From assembly GCA_023515725.1 (NCBI GenBank), contig JALDTO010000022.1, forward strand, positions 1-12,136: a DNA stretch of 12,136 nucleotides. Direction: 5' to 3'. Within the stretch, counting starts at the first letter, position 1, and each line of letters opens with the position of its first letter. The notes under the pieces are model-generated. The model had not been told where the DNA came from. It did no database searches and was given only the letters and a program-made list of their open reading frames with translations. This DNA is from Amoeboaphelidium protococcarum X5 (Eukaryota > Fungi > Aphelidiomycota). Shown here one piece after another: positions 1 to 10,513 of this stretch. The position numbers and the translations under genes are program-made.

Positions 1-634
1 TTGCGTCACGGAATCTAACATTTTCACAGCAGATTGAACAAGTATAAACCTCAGCATCAAGTGCCTTCTTCAAAGATTCTTTAAGATTCAATTAATTAAG
101 TGATTCCATCTCATACTATTTCAGCAACTATGCCTTAGTTTTACGCGGTTAAGCTTATCTTTTCTTTTGCTAATCTCGTGCCTTGTTACTGCGACTTTAC
201 TGCTACTATTAAGGTCCCTCAGTCATTGAATTCTTGGTACCCACAGCACTTTATACGTCATCAGACTAAGTCTTATCTTATCCATTTTTTGGCGGTTTGC
301 TCTTCTTCTTTCTATTCTTTTTACGCTATCCAGTGCCTGTGGAATTCTATTGCTCACCCTATTTGTCTTTGGATGACGAAGGCTCAACTACATGACCGTC
401 TTTAGGTGCAGTACTCGATTATACTACCGTATCACCCCCATCCAGCTATGGCTAAGTCTTCTTTTTCCTTATACGCTTCTTCTTTTTACTTTTATTCTAC
501 TCTGATTACTACTACTCTTACAGTTGTGACGGTGATGATGGCTACTAATTATTAGAGGTACCATTGTGAAGATCTAAGATATTTCTTTATTCCACCACCT
601 AGACTCCTTAATCAACTTTACCCGTATCCTCCAT
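1..634 (-). CDS. NFX1/FAP1-type zinc-finger protein, 5' part (about 211 aa; runs off the window edge)
   Basis: With TAR=Gln, the minus frame from ATG 634 has no TGA down to base 2. It gives a Q/K-rich disordered N-terminus (MEDTGKVDQG...SKKKKRIRKKKT...QRKKNRKKKSK), then LKKALDAEVYTCSICCENVRFRDA. This resembles the start of the NF-X1 RING (YECMVCCELVR...VWSC). Only the first Cys pair (26-40) is visible. Confidence 0.7.
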
Positions 635-919
635 ACTCCTAATCGTCTAATCTGACCAATATCGCGTCACAAAGTTGAATAAAATTACTGTACTCAATGA
701 TGAATGAACAAAGAGAAAAGAGAACGCTCAACGGGAACGAAGATCAGCCGAGCGATCGGCTCCAATGGAGTGGAAATGAACTTGACGAAATGACCTGCGA
801 CCAGATCATAGTTGACTGAAACTTCAATGAAGTACTACAGATATCAAATAGCTATAAATACAAAGTTAACAGAAATTAATAATATTTATCTATGTCTTCT
901 TTAATTCAAAGCGCTAAGA

Positions 920-1708
920 TCAGCGTGATTATTAGTCAAAGTCATTGCAGTGGACATCATTCCTTATGAAGAGGAGACCGACAGAGGATGCTATACTACA
1001 TGCACCCAACACAATACAGGCAAGAGTACTCAGTCCATCAGATGGCGCGTCAGAATCACCCGGTAATTTGTACTGAGTAATGAAAGGAGACAGTATGGCA
1101 CCGAATCTGGCAACCATAACACACAGTCCTACAGCACGGCCTCGGATACTAGTATGGAAAGCGGCACCAGTCAGAGTGTAGCAGAGGGTGAATTCCAAAG
1201 ACACAAAAAAGTGGGCGATCAAAGAGATGACAGTGATAAGCCATCGCATTCCGCCACTAGACTATAGCATCTAACTCTATAATACAAACAAAAGTATAAA
1301 CAAGAGACCAGATATAAGTGTAGACATTACAACTCCCAACCACACTCCATCGATATCACTTCTAAATTACTCGCGATACTACTAAGCAAGAGATGATGAA
1401 GTCTATTAAGGATGATCTCCAACTTCTTGATACTCTTACTATTACCTTACACGCTTGAGATAATACAATGGATTATACCGCGTTAGCAATCTGACAAAAG
1501 CAGCGGATCCAATCTAACCAGGAATACCAATAAGAGCCACTAAAAAAGATCCAATGTACACATTTTCGCTGTGTTTAGTCAATGTAATTCCATAATACGA
1601 CATGGCAGCGGTGAACCACAATATTGAGAACACGATGCCTTTCCGAACATACGACATGATATCTTATTATTATTATTATAATTATTATTATTAATCTTCA
1701 GCGATCAT
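920..1708 (-). CDS. C-terminal half (TM7-12) of an SLC22/OCT-like MFS transporter, stand-alone ORF of 262 aa
   Basis: ATG 1708 (alternative 1657) to TGA 922-920. MIAEDQQQQLQQQQQDIMSYVRKGIVFSILWFTAAMSYYGITLTKHSENVYIGSFLVALIGIPG matches OCT TM7-8 (WF...YYG...N.Y..F...L.EIP). YTLTGAAFHTSIRGRAVGLCVMVARFGAILSPFI matches TM10-11 (Y..ELFPT..R...G......R.G.I.SP). Confidence 0.85.
1664..1693 (-). repeat. (TAA)4-TTA-(TAA)5 microsatellite encoding QQQQLQQQQQ
   Basis: On the + strand it reads (TTA)5 TAA (TTA)4. It is in frame with the MFS C-half ORF between ATG 1708 and TM7. Confidence 0.8.
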
Positions 1709-1983
1709 CACTATATATTCCGATTCGAATGATAAAGAGCTAAAGTAAATTCTAATTACTGCCGGATAGATAGCAGAAAGCCTTTGAAGTTGAGGGAAGA
1801 GACGATGCTGATTGGCTCGTTGGAGATTGAATGTCTCTTGATTCGCGTTTATCCACTTTTTCAACTATTGATGCAATTAATTTTATAATTCTGATATTGA
1901 AATCGCCTCATTAGATTGTAAATATTATTTTGCTTATTATTACTGAACTGTTTTCTTATATTGATATTTCAAGTATATATGAT
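1709..1983. promoter_or_regulatory. Putative bidirectional promoter between the two MFS halves, containing a CCAAT box (CTGATTGGC, 1808-1816)
   Basis: 275-bp AT-rich spacer between divergent ATGs. The same 9-mer CTGATTGGC lies at 3492-3500, upstream of the chitinase. Confidence 0.5.
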
Positions 1984-3120
1984 ATGAGAGTGTTTACCAA
2001 GTTGCTGTAGATCACGTCCCGAATAGTGATTCCTGATGAACCCACTGCGTACTATCAGACAGTACAATGTTTCCGACTATCGCTTGTATGGTTAATTGGT
2101 GCATTCCTGGTGCTTGCTCCAGTATTCACATTGAAGATTGATCCTGCTCAGGGTGAAAGCGGCATAAAAAGATTGAATACCATCTAATCAATGTTTCCAT
2201 ATTTAGTTAATACCGATTATGGGTAAAATTTTGATACTCCAATGTTTAATACTGTTGTATTTATAGGCTGGCTCCTCGGTGCTACAGCTTTGTCTTGGAT
2301 CAGCGATAGAGCTGGTAGACTTTACGCGTTGAGATTGAGCTTTGCATTTACTTTGTTGACTATAGTTGGATAATGTGCCGTAGGAGTCATTTTATTGTTC
2401 TATCTGAATGCGCACAATGTTGATGAATCATCCTCGCTCAATGGTCGCGGTATGTATTACGTCCTTCTTACATTTCGTCTTCTGATGGGCGCTGGAATAG
2501 GAGGCAATGGTGTGATATCTTATGTTTGGGGAGTTGAATGGGCAACATTTTCATCATAGATGATCACCGAGTATATCGATACTTAGCGTAAATAGTCTCT
2601 GAGACCATTAAGTGACGCTGAAATTGCATAAAGTCCATCATCTATGATATCTCTGCTAAGTTCTAATGCCAAGCGAAGACCATTAGTTGCTGTGTAGTAG
2701 CAGACTGAACCTGGTTATGAAGAGAGGGTTAATATGGATCAAGATGTGATTGACATTGGAGACGGCTCATTGGAGGAGGTTCAACCATAAAAGTAGCTTG
2801 GAAGTGCCAATGCATCTGTCTTACTGCAATTTCAATGGTCGATCGGATGTCTTATTCTCCCGCTTGTAGCATTCTTGGTGCCAAATTGGGTGCTTCTCAA
2901 TTTACTAACACTTTTGGTATTTGTGATGTATTATCTGTTCAATATCTGGAGTCCGTTCGATAGTCATGTACGTGAAAGTCCTAAGTGGCTGCTGTCTTAG
3001 ACAAGGTCGCGTCCAAGTCGATCTGAAGATTCGCGTCGTTTCAATTTGATGCTGAAAGAGTGTGTCGATCTCACTCAGTCTTACAATTAGAGTATTGCCC
3101 AAGAAGTGCTACAAGGATGA
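1984..3120 (+). CDS. N-terminal half (TM1-6) of an SLC22/OCT-like MFS transporter, stand-alone ORF of 378 aa
   Basis: ATG 1984 to TGA 3118-3120, no internal TGA. Motifs: FIGWLLGATALSWISDRAGR (MFS motif A, about 2302-2319), FRLLMGAGIGG (TM4), YVWGVEW, QFQWSIGCLILPLVAFLVPNW (TM5), and ESPKWLL (PESPRWL motif after TM6, 2974-2994). The stop comes about 40 codons later. Confidence 0.85.
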
Positions 3121-3627
3121 TTCTAAATTAGACTTTAAATATTACCTTGCTATGCATTTGTAAGATTTCTTTATCTATTTGGCGCTTGTATTGGAAAACA
3201 CATGTCTTGACCAAATTTGAACAAAGCAGGTATCATCCTTCACTCTTTACACAAATAAATACATTCCGAACGCAGCATGCGAGGTTTCACTGAACTGCTC
3301 ACACTTCATTAAAGAAATTGTTTTATGAGCGTAGTAAATCTATCGCAAGCACCTCTAGATGATCTTGATCTCCATGTAAGCTGCCTCGTCTCAATAGTAA
3401 TTTTTCTTCTATAGAGTTCCATTGTGATTTCGATTGTGCACTCCAAATCTAATTTATCGATTATCGTATTTCTACAATTTTACAAAGGCATCTGATTGGC
3501 GAAAGTTTAATCGGATTCGATTGAACATTAGATTAACAGGTGATGGTTGCACACACTCTTTTTCTCTTTATATTTTAATAACCACTTAGAATACATTTAT
3601 ATAGATAGAATTCGTACATAGTACACC

Positions 3628-5658
3628 ATGAAATCTTTTAGAGTTAACATTGCTTCTCTGTGCGTCTCATTGCTGATCGCGTCAAGTGTTACAGCTCAGA
3701 GCACCGCTTCATAAAACTCGTCTCAACTACCGCCGCTATAAACTCCTGCGGCCATTCCCAATGATCCCGCGACGCCCCCTCCTTCTGGTACAGTCGGCAC
3801 TGGTGTATCCTCTGTCAATATACCAGTTGCTCCCACTCCATCTATCCCTGCCGGTCCGCCTGTTAATTCGTCTCAGGCTGGTTCTCCTGCTCCAATCGCG
3901 TCTGACTCTGGTTATCGCATGGTTGCTTACTTTGCAGATTGGGTGATTTACGCGCGAAATTATCAAGTCAGTGATATCCCAGTCGACAAGTTGACTCACA
4001 TTCTGTATGCTTTTGCGAAACCTGATGCATCTGGTAAAGTGACATTGGGAGACTCTTACGCTGATATTGAAAAGTCTTTTCCTGGTGACAGTTGGGACAC
4101 TGCCAAGTAGGCCTTCCGTGGTAATTTGTGGCAGCTGAACAAGGTGGTGAAGCCAAAGCATCCGCGTCTGAAGACTTTACTCTCAGTCGGTGGCTGGACC
4201 TGGTCTGGTCCATTTTCTGATATCGCTGCCAGTGAATCCACTCGTAAAGTGTTTGCAGACTCTTGCTTGGAGTTGGTCACTACTTATGCCTTTGATGGAA
4301 TAGATATTGATTGGGAATACCCTGTGCAGGGTGGTTTGGAAACTAACAAGTATCGTCCTGATGATGGCAAGAATTTGATCCTATTATTCAAAGGTGTCAG
4401 GGAGGCCTTTGATGCCGCACCTAACGGCAAATCTCTGTTAGTTACCGCTGCTGGCCCTGCCGGTCTCGATAAACTGCAGCACTGGGATATGAATGAGCTG
4501 GATAAATATCTGGACTTTATCACTGTGATGACTTATGACTTTCGTGGTGGCTGGTCTGCATAAACTGGTCATATGACTAATTTGTATGAAGCCATTGGTG
4601 ATCCTGAAGTCAAGGAGAAGATATCCGCTGATGTCGCCATTTAGTATTACATCAAGAATGGAATGCCATCAAACAAGATCTGTATGGGTGCAGCTTTGTA
4701 TGGCAGAGGATGGAATGGTGTTGGCTCATAGAACAATGGACTCTATCAGAAGTTTACCAGTGTACCTAAAGGCACTTGGGACGATGCTTCGTCTGGAAAC
4801 ACGGGTGTCTTTGATTACAAAGATTTGCTGACCAAGATGTCGACTGGTGGCTACATCCGTCATTGGGATGACAAAGCCAAAGCACCATACGTGTATAATT
4901 CTGGGACGCAGCAAATGATCTCTTATGAGGACATGGATTCCATCAAGGCTAAAGTCTCGTATATCCAATAGTAGAAACTGGGTGGAATCATGTTTTGGGA
5001 ATTGTCAGGAGATACTAAAGACGATAAGTCTCTAGTTGGCACTGCTCACACAGCGCTATAAGGAACTACTGCAATCATTGGTACCACCTAACCTGCTGCC
5101 AATGAAGATCAGACGTTTCAGTAAACTAATGTCGATGATTCTATTGATACTTTACTGGTTCCAGATGAAGATGAAGATTCTCCTACGTAAACTGCAGGCG
5201 CTGTGGACTAGTCCACTACTCCACCCCCACCTTCTCCTGTGGCAATTTCAGATAATCAATCGGCGGCTTCCAATTCTTCAATTGCGCCTGTGCCTTAGAA
5301 TATACCCGAGAACGATGCGTCCGACTCTTTGAACAAACCATAAGGACTTGGCGACTTGGTCCAAAGCATTGCCAATATGGTTTTGCCTTTGCTGGACAAC
5401 AATGGCACTGAGAGTACTCTACCAGCTAAGTAAAATGATATCGTTTCTCCCAGCTCTAGTTTGTGTCTTGCAGAAGTCGCCACGTGTGACTCTAGTGTCG
5501 ACTCATTTAGTTGTATTGGAAGTACCTTGGCTGCCTGCAATTAAGACAATCGCTGGGATGTGTTGGCTTGTCCATAAGGTAAGAGATGTGGTATCAGAGG
5601 TGGTCAAGTTGGCTGTCTATCATCTGGTGCGTCTGACTCGAACATTCAGTTTTGCTGA
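3628..5658 (+). CDS. Secreted GH18 chitinase (class V/ChiA-like) with Pro/Ser-rich linkers and a C-terminal Cys-rich CBM19-like domain, 676 aa
   Basis: Continuous frame from ATG 3628 to TGA 5656-5658 with TAR=Gln. Signal-like MKSFRVNIASLCVSLLIASSVTA; VAYFADWVIYAR; LTHILYAFA; LSVGGW; intact catalytic DGIDIDWE (4294-4317); MTYD; ISYED; LGGIMFWELSGD; eight Cys at 5464-5655. Confidence 0.93.
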
Positions 5659-5784
5659 GTGCTGAAGTAGTGCTTGATAACAAATGATGGTATTTATAAG
5701 TTGAAAAACGAGTGAATGATAGAGTTTAATTGATGATGAAATGAATTAGAATTTACATGAGTTTCAGTATTACACTGTCAATTT

Positions 5785-7548
5785 TCATTTATTTTACTGT
5801 TCACTCAATTAAGCAAGTATTGATATAAACTAATTGATTAGCTTAATGTTGTGCTAGATTCCCATATGGGTAGCTTGAACGATATACTCAACTTCAGCTC
5901 TTAGTCCTAGAGACGCGCTTTACAGCGTCACCACTCCATCATGAATACCAATTCGAGCACTTCTTGGCAGCGTAAACAAAAGCTAACGACATAGACTAGT
6001 ATTAGTCGCATCCCCTATGAATGAAAAGCATCGGACATTCGAAGCAATTTCAGTGCCGGATATAAACTTCATCAAATCTGAATGAGTATCAAACGAGCCT
6101 GTAAGCTCGGAATACTTTCTTAGAGGAATCTTGTCAGCTGTTTCTATATTGTTACCTGATAGCCAGCTTTAGATTGACAATTCAACAGATCGTGGAAGCA
6201 GAATCGCATTAGTTAGATAGCGGGTCAGCAACCTACTTCCTGACGCACCGTGATGAGGTGTAGCAATAAATATTGCAGCTGCAGCCGCAATCGGCGGACT
6301 CTAGAATAAATTTTGTAGATGTTGTTCATAAGAATACCCAATTAGAAATGGACTTAACTGCGATTACGGTCCCTTGGCAAAATCAGTTAGAACTAGCCTG
6401 CATAATAATCCGCCCTACAGTCACAAAATTAAACAATCAATTGCATAAAAACAAAAGAAACTTACATAGCTCATCCCCACGAGTACCATTTTCTAGTAAT
6501 GTTTACGATATGATTCTTAATCGTACACTGAGGCTAATTGCGATAGAGCGCGTTTAAATGCTAGAGCTTCATATAGCAGTGGGCAATTTGTAGGCATCTG
6601 CCAATACAGTATTTAAAATGAGCTGTCAAGTCCACTTTATGCGACGTAAAACATGAGTTTATCCCAAATTGACACGTTGGATAGGAATCCATGAACAAAT
6701 ACTAAAGGGATCTTGTGTTAATTGAACGGCGTGACTGAATATAATCCTTGAAAATGTTCATATCTAGAGCCACGCAAAAATCCACTCAACCAAGGAATAG
6801 CCAGACTATTTGACGACAACGAACACCCCCAAATACTCTATGCACTTATTTGATGTAGATGATCAACTACGTACGACGGGCAATGACTAGCCAATTACAG
6901 ACTCTTGCCACACTGTTAGTTTACCACAACCTCGAATGGACGGTCAGCATCAGTTCTGACAAGACACAATGATGGAACACCATCGTGATATGTGAAAAGA
7001 GAAGTAATAGGGAAACACTACAGGCTGGACTACAATTTGAGATAACTGTCGCCAAAACATTTGATATGGTACGAGGATGGCTGAGGCTATATCCGCCCAA
7101 TCATTAAAGCTCCAACTTTACCATTCAATGCATCTTGTAATTGTGACACTGAGGAGTCAAGCAAATGCTTCTTGTTCAGCACCACACGTAAATCATGATC
7201 TTCAGCATTAATGATAGCTTCTGGGACCGCGAATGAATTTACTAGACACACCACTATAGTCTACCCACTCACCTAAATATCAGCAGCACACCTCTGCTCT
7301 CTCGAGTCCAGTATTGAACGTAACAAAGAGACCTGAACCAACTACAGTTTGAACAACATCTTGGTTAGTAATCCAACGCAAACGTTATAACAGTCCAAGA
7401 ATTGATTAGAGGTATACAGAAGATCAAATACTCTTACAGCCTCAGTTAGATATTTTATGAATACGACAATCAATTCTTCACTAGGCCCATTAAAAACATA
7501 CATTTCTATGCATTTACACAGCTATCCCAATTGATTTAGTTCGAGCAT
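5785..7548 (-). CDS. Alpha/beta hydrolase (esterase/lipase, COG1075/PGAP1-like), join(7548..6466, 6414..5785), 570 aa
   Basis: GLYSVTPFNQHKIPLVFVHGFLS (oxyanion HG); MVLVGMSY|GGLL (GxSxG, restored by splicing); IFIATPHHGAS; DGVVTLQSASL (catalytic Asp); IVQATH (catalytic His); TGA at 5787-5785. Start is 7548 (alternative 7503), with an upstream in-frame TGA at 7566-7564. Confidence 0.85.
6415..6465 (-). other. 51-nt phase-0 spliceosomal GT-AG intron
   Basis: Minus strand reads TAT|GTAAGTTTCTTTTGTTTTTATGCAATTGATTGTTTAATTTTGTGACTGTAG|GGC. It has a canonical donor, a T-rich body, a TAG acceptor and an in-frame TGA (6423-6421). Removing it restores G-M-S-Y-G-G. Confidence 0.9.
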
Positions 7549-7893
7549 CTTTATTTTATACCTTCACCTTGGCAAGATCCGGGCAGTATATATACAATGC
7601 GACACGTATACAATCACCTTAATCATAAGACATACAGACGGCATATTTTGCAGCGATGTGAACATTGTGCACATTGATGAGCCTCAAAGTCGCAATTTGA
7701 TATCAATTATTCTATCCATCTATCTATGTAGGTATCTTTAGTTTTGGTACTGAACCGCCGGTACAAGCCGTAGTCAAGGGTACAACGCGCGAGTAATCTA
7801 TAAATGTACTCCGAGGCTAAATATATACTGTGTGAGGTGGAAGATATATAGATTTCATTGACGACTCTTCCCTTGTCATCATCAATAGATAAA

Positions 7894-9783
7894 ATGTCTA
7901 GTAGATACCAGAACAAGATGGTCAAAGATGTACAAGGACGTCCCTTCGACACTACTCCAACAAGAGTTAACAACAACAATGCTGAATCTGAAGCTGTTTC
8001 AAGTGCAAGATCTTCAAACTAATCTCAAGTGAGAGTAAAGTCCAAAGATACCAAATAGGTTCGTCTGAGATAAAAGTCGACCACTGCTGAATAGTCCTTG
8101 TTGTCGCCAGAGACTCCCACCACCTCCTCACGGGATCGACATGCTTCCCACAACGACGATGATTATTACGACCTTGATTGGCCTCATCCTCAAGGTAGCT
8201 AGCGAGGTGTTGACAAGGTTCATACTACTAGCAGTCCGAGAGTATCTGATGCTGAACTGGAAATTAGAAAAAAGTTTTACTCTCAATGCGCAGAGTTTAT
8301 ACCTGGTCGTTTGTATTTCACCGCCATGTCATAGTAGCCAGATAATGTACCATCAGACGCGTACCTGTTCTCTGTGGATCATGAGTTTGTCTACTCTCCA
8401 TTCTACTCTGATTTTGGCCCGTTGAACATTAGCTGTATCGTGAAATTTGGTAGACTTATGGACTAGAAGCTAAAGGACCCATATCTACAGGATATGAGAT
8501 TAGTGCTGATCACGTCACCCTCCGCTGAAAAGTGTTCCAACATTTCTCTGCTCATCACCAGTTATATGGTGTTGAATCAAGACATGGTGCCAGAGTTAGC
8601 CTATCAGAAGCTGACTTCATTACCGTCCGTTAAATTGATGCCATTCAGAGATGCAGGTTACGGTAGTGCAACTTACTGGATTAATAATCTGGATATTTTG
8701 CGTGCGCTTGAGAAGGGTGTCAAGATCCACTAGCTCATTGATTTAGATAGCTTTCCAGTGGAAGAGTATGATTTCTACGAAAGAGTTGAGAATGGTGACT
8801 GGAATTGGATTATTCCAGATTTCTTTCTAGCCTTGGCGACTCCTCACGACAAGCCTTTGCCTCATCTTATGCGATATCACGAAGATGTAGCAGCTGGTCG
8901 AGTGATCCCGTTAAGGCCTGTAAATCGCCGTTATCATCCAATGATCAATCTAGATTACATCGTGCGATATTATAGAGAGAACAATGTTAAAGGACTGATT
9001 AGATTAAACAATCCTTTGTATGATCGGTAGCGCGTAATTGATGGCGGTGTCAGTCATTATGAGCTATTCTTCCCCGATGGATCTGTGCCAAGTGATGAGA
9101 TTGTTCGCCAGTTTCTAGAAATCTGTGATTAAACATTGCCATACAACTTGCTGAAACACCCTTATGCTGGGCCTCTGTATGGATCCTCATAGAAAGCCTA
9201 CCATGCGGGACTGCGTGGTTCTTTGGCCATACATTGCAAAGCTGGTTTAGGAAGAACAGGGTCGCTGATATGCTGTTGGATGATACGAACGTTGGGATGG
9301 ACGGCCAAAGATTGTATCAGTTGGATCCGCGTGATGAGACCAGGCTCTGTTGTTGGTCCTTAGCAAAACTGGTTGGAATCAATGGAATAGAAGTTGAAAG
9401 CACTAGGTAGACAGGAAGCCGCAAGATACAATACAAAATCAAGTTTGACAAATCTCGCGCTATCCGCCAACTCTGGTTACGAGACTGTGGCAAAGACAAC
9501 GAATTCTGGTATGCAAGTTCCGCTGCAGCCTAGGAAATTAGAGCGCGACACACAGTTTAATAATAACTTAGGTGTACCACTGAAAAGTGCCAGCTTATCA
9601 TCATCGACTGAGGTTAGAAATATGAGCGCGTCTTCTCTAGTGGCACACGATGTTTAAGGGCTGAGAATAACGCGCTCTGGAAATAGTGGTGGTAATAAAT
9701 AAGGCCAGGATGATGTCAGAAGAGTATCTGCAGGTTCTTCCGCATTAAAGCGGAAAGTGAGTCTAAATGCAAGTAAGCAATGA
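7894..9783 (+). CDS. CDC14: Cdc14 dual-specificity protein phosphatase, about 629 aa
   Basis: [53 protein letters not shown], catalytic [10 protein letters not shown] (9232 onward), RPGSVVGP[TAG]QNWL, QPRK, and TGA 9781-9783. The start is uncertain: in-frame ATGs also occur at 7726 and 7804. 7894 was chosen because its AAAATGTCT context is identical to that of CCT5. Confidence 0.95.
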
Positions 9784-9943
9784 ACACCTGTATTGTGGTA
9801 CTCGGATAATAGACTTTAGATTACAAATGATCTTCACTTGATGACTTTATATCACGGAAGAGTTTCTTTTTCTCTCACACTTCACTTGCTCTTACTCAAT
9901 CCCGCTGACTTGCAAACACATAACAAGATCACTTTATATATAT

Positions 9944-10513
<570 letters not shown>

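Noticed and set aside
1-678. Plus-strand frame free of TGA (includes track ORF 178..405)
   Set aside because: It is antisense to the NFX1-like gene and has no recognisable motifs. Long open frames arise easily when there is only one stop codon.
2767-3375. Minus-strand 202-codon ORF under table 6 (includes track ORF 2905..3102)
   Set aside because: It is largely an in-register antisense shadow of the MFS N-half with no recognisable domain. It cannot be fully excluded without RNA data.
3325-3495. 56-codon plus-strand ORF with an intron-like GTAAGC...TATAG (3376-3414)
   Set aside because: It is short, has no recognisable homology, and splicing would not restore any known motif.
3686-5665. Alternative-frame and antisense ORFs of the track overlapping the chitinase
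   Set aside because: They are shadows of the single continuous GH18 frame.
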